Shown here one piece after another: positions 9,744 through 18,011 of a stretch of 43,516 nt of DNA. Position 1 is the stretch's first letter; every line of letters starts with the position of its first letter. Source of the stretch: Candidatus Wolframiiraptor sinensis (GTDB lineage: Archaea > Thermoproteota > Nitrososphaeria_A > Caldarchaeales > Wolframiiraptoraceae). The DNA is taken from positions 1-43,516 of the forward strand of contig JALNKA010000007.1 in NCBI GenBank assembly GCA_023261815.1, written 5' to 3'. The position numbers and the translations under genes were made by a program. The notes below the pieces were generated by a model. It saw only the letters and a list, made by a program, of their open reading frames with translations. It did not search any database and had not been told where the DNA came from.

Positions 9744-10817
9744 GTGGTTAGGACGAGGGTTATCGATGTTGATCCCGTTAATCCTAGTGAGTCTGCTCTC
9801 GTTGCGGCAGCTGATATCATTAAGCGCGGCGGGCTTGTTGCTTTTCCAACTGAGACGGTTTACGGCCTTGGAGCCGACGCCTATAATCGCGAGGCCGTGA
9901 GGAGGATATTCGAGGCGAAGAATAGGCCGATGGATAATCCATTGATCGTCCATATCTGCGGGCTCGAATGGCTTGGTATTGTCGCGAGAAATGTTCCTGA
10001 GGAGGCACATAGGATCGCTGAGAGGCTCTGGCCTGGGCCCGTGACTTTAGTTCTCTGGAAATCCGATGAGGTTCCGGGAGAGGTTACCGCCGGGCTCCCG
10101 AAGATCGCCATCAGGTTTCCATCCCACCCCGTTGCCATGGGCCTCATCGAGCGGAGCGGCGTCCCCATAGCTGCTCCGAGCGCGAATCTCGCAGGCAGGC
10201 CATCCCCGACCACGGCCCAGCATGTCATCCAAGACCTCTACGGCAGAATAGAGCTGATCTTGGACGGTGGCGAGACGCTCTTCGGCGTGGAATCAACGAT
10301 AATAGACTTGACGGGTGAGGAGCCTAAGCTGCTGAGGCCGGGTCCAATCCCCGTCGAGGATCTGGAAAGAGTGCTGGGAATACGGATCCGAATACCCGAT
10401 TATGCTAAGGGGCTATCGGAGGCCGGGGTTGCGGAATCTCCCGGCATGAAGTACAGGCATTATGCGCCGGAGACGCCGCTCGAGCTCATCGAGGCTCGAG
10501 AGTATGATGATATCAGCCTTTACTCGTTGAAAGTTCTCGAGATAGCTGAGAGGCATCGCTCGAGGGGGTTTAAAGTAGTGATACTCGCGTCTCGGGAAAC
10601 CGGGCATGAGTATGCCGAGAGGGGGTTTAGGGTGATCGAGCTCGGATCGAGGAAAAATCTCTATGAGGTTGCGAGAAACCTCTTCAACAGCCTTAGGGCC
10701 GTAGACTCGCTGGGAGTGGATCTGGCGATAGTGGAGGGATTTGAGGAGAGAGGGCTAGGGTTGACGATAATGAATCGGCTCAGAAAGGCGGCGAGGCAGA
10801 ACAGAATAGTAGTCTAA
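9744..10817 (+). CDS. sua5: Threonylcarbamoyl-AMP synthase Sua5 (YrdC + Sua5 domains)
   Basis: VAFPTETVYGLGA, KNRPMDNPLIVH, APSAN, SPGMKYRHYAP. Confidence 0.96.
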   Translation: MVRTRVIDVDPVNPSESALVAAADIIKRGGLVAFPTETVYGLGADAYNREAVRRIFEAKNRPMDNPLIVHICGLEWLGIVARNVPEEAHRIAERLWPGPVTLVLWKSDEVPGEVTAGLPKIAIRFPSHPVAMGLIERSGVPIAAPSANLAGRPSPTTAQHVIQDLYGRIELILDGGETLFGVESTIIDLTGEEPKLLRPGPIPVEDLERVLGIRIRIPDYAKGLSEAGVAESPGMKYRHYAPETPLELIEAREYDDISLYSLKVLEIAERHRSRGFKVVILASRETGHEYAERGFRVIELGSRKNLYEVARNLFNSLRAVDSLGVDLAIVEGFEERGLGLTIMNRLRKAARQNRIVV

Positions 10818-11092
10818 AAGCTGTTCTTGTTCTCCTCTTGGAGGGAGAGAAGAGCATTAGCTCGATGATAGAGCACCCTAATCCTGAACTCTATGTCCGA
10901 GGTCCTTTCCTTAAGGCTCTCCGGGAGATCCGACTCCAAGAGACCCCTGACCTCCTTGATCAAGTCCTCAAGAACGATCTTCACCAGCTCCATTCTAGCC
11001 TCTTTTCGCAGCAGCTGCTCGCAGAACTGAAGATCCTCCTCGATCTCGCGAATCTTCTTCTCCGCCTGCTCGACCTCCATGAACCTCGCCAA
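10814..11092 (-). CDS. Hypothetical helical/coiled-coil protein
   Basis: 92 aa, E/K/L-rich amphipathic helices, host-like codons, fills the intergenic gap. Confidence 0.7.
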   Translation of the reverse strand: MARFMEVEQAEKKIREIEEDLQFCEQLLRKEARMELVKIVLEDLIKEVRGLLESDLPESLKERTSDIEFRIRVLYHRANALLSLQEENKNSF

Positions 11093-11175
11093 GAGATCAG
11101 AACAACCTCCACGATAAAAGGATTATAATGCGGACTGGATGAGGATTAATTAATGACCTTTCAGGGCGAGATTGG

Positions 11176-11892
11176 ATGATCGAGAAAAAGTATAAGGATG
11201 ATCCCCTTTGGGGCGTCCTCGTCGATGTCGTTAAGGCGCTTCCGCGCTTTCAAGAGCACCTAACCTATGTCAGGGATGAGATCCTGCCCAAGAGACCTGA
11301 TATAAGCGCCGAGGAGCTATCCAGAGCTCTCTCGATCCCGATTGGAGAGGCTCTCATTATCTTGGATGAGCTGAGAAAGTTTCCGTGCGAGGTCGAGGAG
11401 GAGCTGTCAAAGGAGCTGCCGGACCCGGAGCATGAGCACGTTGCCCTCGGCGGAACATTCAGCAAGCTACATTATGGGCACATGATGCTCCTGCTCGAGG
11501 GATTCAAGCTCGGAAGAAGCGTCATCATAGGCGTTACGACCGACGAATTCGCCAAAAAGCTCGGGAAAAAATATCAGGTCCCGCCATTCGAGATGAGGGT
11601 GAGCGAGCTGAAGTCGTTCTTGCAACGAATGGGCTGGATTGATAGATGCGAGATACTGCCATTACATGATCCATACGGCGTGACGGTAGTGGACCCGGAT
11701 CTCGAGGCGCTGATCACCAGCCCATTTACTCATTATAGGGGCGTTGAGATAAATGACGTGCGCTTGAGGAAAGGATTGAGGCCCCTGAGAATAGTCGTCT
11801 GCCCGCTCGTCATCGCATGGGATGGAAAGCCCATCTCGAGCACGCGAATATTCCTCGGCGAGATTAATGAGAGGGGCGAGCCGCTGGGCTAG
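11176..11892 (+). CDS. coaD: Phosphopantetheine adenylyltransferase (archaeal CoaD) with an extra ~85-aa N-terminal domain
   Basis: VALGGTFSKLHYGH, GVTTDEF, LHDPYG, INDVRLRKGLRPL, DGKPISSTRI. Confidence 0.88.
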   Translation: MIEKKYKDDPLWGVLVDVVKALPRFQEHLTYVRDEILPKRPDISAEELSRALSIPIGEALIILDELRKFPCEVEEELSKELPDPEHEHVALGGTFSKLHYGHMMLLLEGFKLGRSVIIGVTTDEFAKKLGKKYQVPPFEMRVSELKSFLQRMGWIDRCEILPLHDPYGVTVVDPDLEALITSPFTHYRGVEINDVRLRKGLRPLRIVVCPLVIAWDGKPISSTRIFLGEINERGEPLG

Positions 11893-12812
11893 ATCCCCCC
11901 GAAGAAGAAGAGCACTAGCAGGAGGAGGACGCCGACTACAACCGTAAGTTTTGTCGATGCTTTGTAAATCCCCTTGAACCCTATGCTATTGTAGATCGCC
12001 AGCCCGACGCTCGAAAGCACGGAGAGAATACTCATCATCATCTCGCCGAATCCGGCCTCCTGCTCCCTGACCGAGAACCTGCTCAGCATATCCTGATACT
12101 CAACCGCGGCCCAATCGCCCACGCAGAAGTCGAGCTTCTCCGACGTTAACTCCTCCCTGCCGGATAGCCAACTCACCCCCGTGAGATTCATGTATGTTCT
12201 AGTGTCCTTAATTACTTCCCTGATTTTCCCCGGCTCTATAATGCTCCAGTCCGGGAGTGTCATGTTGGAATAGGCGCGATAAACCCTCGCATAAGATGCC
12301 CTGATGATCGGCGATGTTATATTCATGCTTCCCTCCGGCGCGACGCCGACCAGCGTCGCCTCCCTAAATGTGATGTTCTCGAAGCTCGCGTCAACTATCA
12401 TGTAGGATACCTTCGGAACCTGCCAGATGAATGGTATTTGCAACACCGTGAACAGCGCTACTATTATGAACGAGTGCGCCACCAGGGTTAAGAGTCTCAC
12501 CAAATTGAGGCTTTCCCCCTTAAACATTGCTACGAGAAGCATGACCATGGTGATGAGGGCGAAGGTTATGCCGAACTGAATCCCCCGAGCGGCCACTATC
12601 GACTCGAAGTCTGGAATTGTTGGGGAGAGCCTCTCAAAGCCCTCCAGCTCATAAACAATCTTTATCTTCTCATTGACCACGTAACTGGTTACGTAAGAGA
12701 CTATTAGCAGGGCGGCTATGAGTATTGCCAAGCCCCGGAAAAGCCTCAGCCATTTGCCCACATCCACGCGAGAAAAATACTCCCTTACCCTTAACACTTT
12801 ACGGTTGATCAA
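11889..12812 (-). CDS. Multi-pass membrane protein (Yip1-like topology) with a large extramembrane loop
   Basis: About 5 hydrophobic segments in a 3+2 arrangement; NxS/T sequons (NIT, NMT, NLT) in the loop; start uncertain. Confidence 0.65.
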   Translation of the reverse strand: MINRKVLRVREYFSRVDVGKWLRLFRGLAILIAALLIVSYVTSYVVNEKIKIVYELEGFERLSPTIPDFESIVAARGIQFGITFALITMVMLLVAMFKGESLNLVRLLTLVAHSFIIVALFTVLQIPFIWQVPKVSYMIVDASFENITFREATLVGVAPEGSMNITSPIIRASYARVYRAYSNMTLPDWSIIEPGKIREVIKDTRTYMNLTGVSWLSGREELTSEKLDFCVGDWAAVEYQDMLSRFSVREQEAGFGEMMMSILSVLSSVGLAIYNSIGFKGIYKASTKLTVVVGVLLLLVLFFFGGI

Positions 12813-12839
12813 TTCCGATTCGCAATCTTTCTAAGGATG

Positions 12840-13214
12840 TTATTTAAGTTTTGTACGCCTGGCTAAGAAGAAGGCCGAGGCCGCCGCGATCAGCGAGAAC
12901 ACTAAGTTCAGCGGTAGAGAGGGTTCTTTCTGCCCCAGCGGCCGCTCGCCCTCACTCCCATAAGCTTCCCCGGGCGCTCTCTCGAGCTGGGAGGTTTTCG
13001 TGGCTATTTTCTCGGTGGTTTCCCCGATGGTTGCCTTGAGGATTGCTGCGGGAGCCGTTGTTGATTGCTCGATCTCACTCGCTTGCAAGCTGGAGCGCAT
13101 GCCTGCTTGAGCCAGGTTTATGGCCTGGTTTATGAAGAAGGCTAGGATTAGCGCCGAGACCATCAGGAGGATCAGCCGCTTATTCACGGGCATAGCTATG
13201 CTGATCACCCCCAT
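12840..13214 (-). CDS. Small exported/membrane protein: N-terminal signal/TM, S/T/A/E-rich linker, C-terminal TM with basic tail
   Basis: KRLILLMVSALILAFF...STTAPAA...TIGETTEK...LVFSLIAAASAFFLARRTKLK. Confidence 0.7.
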   Translation of the reverse strand: MGVISIAMPVNKRLILLMVSALILAFFINQAINLAQAGMRSSLQASEIEQSTTAPAAILKATIGETTEKIATKTSQLERAPGEAYGSEGERPLGQKEPSLPLNLVFSLIAAASAFFLARRTKLK

Positions 13215-13233
13215 AATTCTATCAGTTAGAACG

Positions 13234-13661
13234 CTACCAGGATCGGTGCCTCCAGATTCTTAAGGTCTCGATCCAGAGGAAGAGGGAGGAGAAGCCGCCG
13301 AGGGCGACCGCATGCAGGTTCACGTCCGGGAAGCTTTGGGCCACATACAGGGCGAGGAGTGCAGTTATGAAGACAGCGTAGAAGATCATCCTGGGGATGA
13401 GCCTGCCGCCCAAGAGCACGAACATCCTCAGCATCCCGACATCAACCTTCTCCTGAGCCAGGTATCTGTTCCCCTCATCCCTCGAGACCAGTCCCATCTC
13501 CCTGAGCTTCTCGAGGTGGTGGTGGGCGACGCTGGGGCTCGAGAAGCCGAGAGCCCTCTGAAGCTCCCTCACCCCGACAGGCCTCCCCGCCTTAAGCAGG
13601 TAGATGTAGACCTGGAGAGTTTTCCCCTGAGCTTGTAGAACTCATCCTCCTGCCCCATCAT
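13234..13661 (-). CDS. Winged-HTH + 2-TM membrane-anchored regulator, with a -1 frameshift at 13626-13620
   Basis: 0-frame MMGQEDEFYKLRGK, then -1 frame TLQVYIYLLKAGRPVGVRELQRALGFSSPSVAHHHLEKL followed by two TMs. Confidence 0.7.
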
Positions 13662-13756
13662 CGGCCACGCCCATAACCCCTCCATATCATCCTTAAAAAT
13701 CTCGTTATGCCGCGTGATGACAGCCCATTGGATAATGCTCGAGTGGTGATTAGGGG

Positions 13757-13990
13757 ATGGTGAGTTTCGTGAAGGTTATTGGGCTTATCATGATGGTCGG
13801 CGCAGCGGCTTTCGCAGTATTCTACATCCTATGGTTCTTTGGTCTTACATCGCTTGATCCCCAGCTCGCGGTGAAGATGCCAGTTCTGGCAATAGTGCTG
13901 GGCCTATGCTTTATCGCCGGCTGGATGGGGTACGTGATGGCGACCGCGCCCTCTAGGCTGGAAGGCCGAGCCAGAGAAGGAAGTCGATGA
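13757..13990 (+). CDS. Small two-TM membrane protein, DPM2-like pattern
   Basis: GGTGA SD; TM1 ending FYILW, TM2 PQLAVKMP...GYVM; 3' end overlaps the PMT-like gene. Confidence 0.7.
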   Translation: MVSFVKVIGLIMMVGAAAFAVFYILWFFGLTSLDPQLAVKMPVLAIVLGLCFIAGWMGYVMATAPSRLEGRAREGSR

Positions 13991-15272
13991 ACCACTGCGG
14001 CTTGACCGGGAAGAAGTAAAAGAAGTAGCATAACTGGCTGATGAGGAGGAGGCAGAGTACCAGCTCGGAGAACTTCTCGCCCTCGAGCATCTTAGATATC
14101 GCTATTGCTATCGCAGGGACTGAGTTGTAGAAGTAGAATGAGTAGACCCAGCGGTGGAGGATGTGCGCGAGCGGGAAGTAGATCAGGTAGTTCATGAAAA
14201 GCCAGAAGAGCGTGAAGAGCTCCAAGCCCGGGAACTCTCCAGCCCTAATCCTCAGATACGCTAAGTAGATCGCGAAGATGAATACTATCCAGGTCATCCA
14301 CCAGAGAGGAGTCTGCATCCCGTAATAGGCTATCGGGTGATAGGTCTTTAGCGAATCCACCTGAACAGCTACAACGAAGTAACCTGCCTTGGGAAACTGG
14401 GATATGGGGTTCGTCCAAGAGAGAGGCATGTCCACAGCATCGCCCTCCGAGAACCTTAACCCGAAGTGGTAGTTAAGGATGAAGTCAAGGTGCTCGAATG
14501 GTGTCTGGAATGCTCCATAGGCGTAATCATAGATCCCTAAGCCCGCGGCCAGGACTATTATCGCCGTGAAGCACGTCCTCTCGACCACCCATATCCAGCT
14601 CCTCATTGCATCGCTGAATGATTTTCCCCTATAGGATGCTCTCGCCAAGTCGTAGAGCAGTATCGTGGCTAGAATAAAGGCTGTGGAGAACTTTGAGAGC
14701 AGGGCCAGGCCGAATAATAGGCCGGAGAAGATGAGCTTCCTCCTGAGATAGAGGTATGCTCCGAGGAGCGAGAACGCCAAGGCCGGAGCATCGAGTATTG
14801 CTATTGAGCTGATGTTGAATGATGTGATGTCGAAGCCGAATAATGCGGCGGCAATCACGGAGGCCCTGAAGCTCCCAGTCAGTATATACGCGAGCAAGCC
14901 CAAGAGATATACCGAGGCCGCTCCACAAATCGTTATGAGCGTTCTCCAGCCATATGGATTGTCGCCGAAGATCAGTATGCCGAGCATCATCAGCGCTTTC
15001 GAGAGCGGCGGGTGCTCATTATTAGCCGCCTGTCCTCTGAGCATTTGCCTGACCGCGGGGATATAGTGCGCCTCATCGAATACGAAGCCGCATTTAGCGC
15101 CATCGACAGGCGGGTAAGTGCATGATTCCGGCGGAAGCTCAGGCCATGGATATGGTATTATCAGGATCTTGAATACTAGAATTGTCAGCGTTAATCCTAT
15201 CAACCAGACCCTGAGCCTACGCTCCGACCCTATGCTAAGCCATCTCCCTAATCTTCTCAGCAATTCTAGCAC
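13953..15272 (-). CDS. Lipid-phosphate-mannose protein O-mannosyltransferase-like (PMT/GT39, GT-C fold, no MIR domain)
   Basis: VFDEAHY (DE motif), EHPPLSK, YGWR, ILD, SK, PLWW, RWVYSFY; about 11 TMs. Confidence 0.85.
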   Translation of the reverse strand: MLELLRRLGRWLSIGSERRLRVWLIGLTLTILVFKILIIPYPWPELPPESCTYPPVDGAKCGFVFDEAHYIPAVRQMLRGQAANNEHPPLSKALMMLGILIFGDNPYGWRTLITICGAASVYLLGLLAYILTGSFRASVIAAALFGFDITSFNISSIAILDAPALAFSLLGAYLYLRRKLIFSGLLFGLALLSKFSTAFILATILLYDLARASYRGKSFSDAMRSWIWVVERTCFTAIIVLAAGLGIYDYAYGAFQTPFEHLDFILNYHFGLRFSEGDAVDMPLSWTNPISQFPKAGYFVVAVQVDSLKTYHPIAYYGMQTPLWWMTWIVFIFAIYLAYLRIRAGEFPGLELFTLFWLFMNYLIYFPLAHILHRWVYSFYFYNSVPAIAIAISKMLEGEKFSELVLCLLLISQLCYFFYFFPVKPQWFIDFLLWLGLPA

Positions 15273-16332
15273 CCCTCGATGCGAAGTAGACCTCTGCGAG
15301 TATGAGGAATAGCATTAGCGCCCTGAGGGCAGCGAGGATCTGGGGCGGCGAGCCCGGCGCGAGCGGATTCGGGGTCTCGAACCAGAGAATTATTATTCCC
15401 GCGTTGGCGAGGTCGAGGAAGAAGTATGGTATTGGCAGCCTCCCCATCATGGCTAGGAGCGGGAGGAGCCAGAGAAGCATCTGGGGCGTGAAGACGTAGT
15501 TCGTCAGCAGGAAAACGGATAAGGCCATGAATACCCTCTCGATCAAGCCTGCGCCATCCTGAAGGTATACCTTCAGAAGGCCGTAGATCATTAGGGCCGC
15601 GCCGAAGATCTTCGCAGTGTCCCACGACCCGCTGCTGGGGAATAGGATTAGGTACCAGGCGTTCTCGAGACCCCACTCGACGTGATATAGATATGTGCCT
15701 TTTATGAATGCTGGGTTCAGGAGCCAGAGCGCGAGATTCACGGAGGCGAAGATTCCTATCGAGATCAGCGCATACTTCACGCGATTTCTCCACCCCTCAA
15801 CGTAGAGCAGGATGAATGGTAGCGTGATGAGGTTTATGAGCTTGACAAGGGCCGCCGTTGAGAATGCTATCGCGGAGGACGTGAGCCTGCCTCTAACCAG
15901 CAGAAATAGAGAGAGAACGAGGAGGGATGCAAAAATCGTGTCATAGTTGTAGACTGAGTAGAGGATCATGGATGGGCTGAGGCATAAGAGGATCAGGGCA
16001 TACTCGAGCCCGATGCCTCTTTCATCGCAAAATCTGATAACCACTTCAATCATTAGCATGTAGAAGATGAGGATTATCGCGGAGAAGATCGAGTAATATG
16101 AAATGAGATTTGAGCTTATGGCCGCGAGGAAGGTCAAGAAGCCCGCGAGCGGGGGATACTCAAAGGAAGCCTCTATATACGGTATCTTGAGGCGCTCATA
16201 CCATCCCTCCCTATACCAGAACGAGACTATATCCGAGTAAATGTTTCTCGATAAACCCGGGCTATGAATGATGAATGAGAGGGTGAATGAGGCTATGGCC
16301 GCCGCGTAGATGACCTCCCTACTTAGTCGCAT
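15235..16332 (-). CDS. GT87/DUF2029-like GT-C glycosyltransferase (PimE/PIG-M-related)
   Basis: YSDI, PYIEASFEYPPL, NYD, VKL, VFTPQMLLWLLP; multi-TM; overlaps the PMT-like start. Confidence 0.8.
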   Translation of the reverse strand: MRLSREVIYAAAIASFTLSFIIHSPGLSRNIYSDIVSFWYREGWYERLKIPYIEASFEYPPLAGFLTFLAAISSNLISYYSIFSAIILIFYMLMIEVVIRFCDERGIGLEYALILLCLSPSMILYSVYNYDTIFASLLVLSLFLLVRGRLTSSAIAFSTAALVKLINLITLPFILLYVEGWRNRVKYALISIGIFASVNLALWLLNPAFIKGTYLYHVEWGLENAWYLILFPSSGSWDTAKIFGAALMIYGLLKVYLQDGAGLIERVFMALSVFLLTNYVFTPQMLLWLLPLLAMMGRLPIPYFFLDLANAGIIILWFETPNPLAPGSPPQILAALRALMLFLILAEVYFASRGARIAEKIREMA

Positions 16333-16336
16333 GAGA

Positions 16337-17923
16337 TCACCCGGCTAGTTTTTTGCTCACATAAGGTCCCTCCAGCTTATATCCATGGCGGTAGTAGTAT
16401 CTCCTGACGCCCACGCCGCTTATCACGACGATCTTTCTCGCATCGAGCTCCTCGGCGCTCATCCTTTCCGCCTCCCTTAGGAGTAGCGAGCCGATCCCAA
16501 TGTGCTGGGCCGATGAGATCTCAGGCGATCCGCCGACCGGTATCATCTTGCCATAAACATGGAGCTCCCTCACCATGGCCGCTCCCTCAAGCTCCGGCCT
16601 CAAGATCCTAGATGGAAGCCTCAGCCTGAGAAATGCGAATAACACGTCCTTCGCGGGATCCTCATAGGAGATGAAGCACTCGAGACCTCCGGATGCTTCG
16701 TATCTTCTCACGATTATCCTTCCATCCTCCGGCCTAGCGTGCACGCGATCCCTGAGTAGCCTATGCCCATACTCCCTGCATCTTATGCACCTGCACCTGA
16801 GCCCCCTTATCCTGAGCCTCTCCTCGACAGCATCCCTCAGATTCGCGATCCTGTTTCCGGCGGCAGCGAGCCTCAAAGGTATCTCGCGCTGAATCCTCTG
16901 AATCCTGGCGTATGGCGGGGTGAGCTCAAGCCATTTCGCGAGAAGCTCCACCAGCTCCTCATCGCTATATGGCTCGTAGAGGCCGGACTTCCAGAGCTCG
17001 TAAAGGCGCGTGCCCGGAAGAACGAGAGTCGGGTAAATCTTGACCTGATCGGGCCTAAACCTCGAGTCGCGCCAGATCCTCTCATACATTTCTAGATCCT
17101 TCTCGAGGCTTGATCCAGGTAGGTTTGGCATTAGGTGGTAGCCGACCTTGAAGCCCAGATCCTTCAATACCTGCGTTGCCTCAACCACGTCCTCGACCGC
17201 GTGCCCGCGATTCACGAGCCTGTAGATCTCATCGTCAATCGCCTGGACCCCGAGCTCGACCCTGGTGATCCCGAGCTCGAGAAGCCGCTGAGCTTGAGGA
17301 AGTCTCGCCCAATCCGGTCTAGTCTCAACGGTTATGCCCGAGACGTGAATACGATGCGAGACCTCCGCCCTTCTCAGGGCATCCTCGAGCGAGCTCGACT
17401 CAACGCCGTTGAACGCGTCGAGACACCTCTTTATGAACCACCTCTGATATCCCTGGGGAAGCGCGGTGAATGTCCCGGCTATTATTATGAGCTCGACCTT
17501 ATCGACATCGTGTCCCATGCGCTTAAGCTTCTCGACCTGCGACCAGGCCTGGAGATAGGGATCATAATCATGCAGCCGCGCGAGCTTAACGGTTTCCTCC
17601 TCGCCAGTATGGCTTTTCGGAGCATCACCTCCTCCCGGGCAGTATATGCAGCCGCCATGAGGGCAGGCCTTCATCGGGTTCATCACGGTTATCGTCGCTA
17701 TCCCGGAAACAGTCTTCACAGGCTTCTTCACGAGAATTTTCCTGAGCCTCTCCCGAGCGCTTTCTGGCACATTCTCAAGGATCTCGAGGTTTGTGGGAAC
17801 CCTTCCGAGCCCATATTCCTTGGCCACGACCCTTTTCGCTTTCTCAACGCTGATGCCCAACTCGATGATGAGGGATGCGGCCGCCCTACAAGCCTCCCTC
17901 AGCCTGCCCTCATCAGCGATCAT
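16337..17923 (-). CDS. elp3: tRNA U34 carboxymethyltransferase Elp3 (radical SAM + KAT)
   Basis: KPVKTVSG, CPHGGCIYCPGG, ETRPD, VELGVQ, KIYPTLV, CRCIRCRE, VRELHVYG, VISGVGVRRYY. Confidence 0.96.
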   Translation of the reverse strand: MIADEGRLREACRAAASLIIELGISVEKAKRVVAKEYGLGRVPTNLEILENVPESARERLRKILVKKPVKTVSGIATITVMNPMKACPHGGCIYCPGGGDAPKSHTGEEETVKLARLHDYDPYLQAWSQVEKLKRMGHDVDKVELIIIAGTFTALPQGYQRWFIKRCLDAFNGVESSSLEDALRRAEVSHRIHVSGITVETRPDWARLPQAQRLLELGITRVELGVQAIDDEIYRLVNRGHAVEDVVEATQVLKDLGFKVGYHLMPNLPGSSLEKDLEMYERIWRDSRFRPDQVKIYPTLVLPGTRLYELWKSGLYEPYSDEELVELLAKWLELTPPYARIQRIQREIPLRLAAAGNRIANLRDAVEERLRIRGLRCRCIRCREYGHRLLRDRVHARPEDGRIIVRRYEASGGLECFISYEDPAKDVLFAFLRLRLPSRILRPELEGAAMVRELHVYGKMIPVGGSPEISSAQHIGIGSLLLREAERMSAEELDARKIVVISGVGVRRYYYRHGYKLEGPYVSKKLAG

Positions 17924-18011
17924 CCCGGAGATCTCCGGCTAATAGCCTATGAGAGCCTGCCTTTAAGCCTCACTCCTAAAATATCTGGCTCGCTGGAGAA
18001 CGCTCGGAGTA

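Noticed and set aside
5625-10817. Clustering of kae1, bud32, rdgB and sua5
   Set aside because: Known t6A/KEOPS housekeeping arrangement; not novel.
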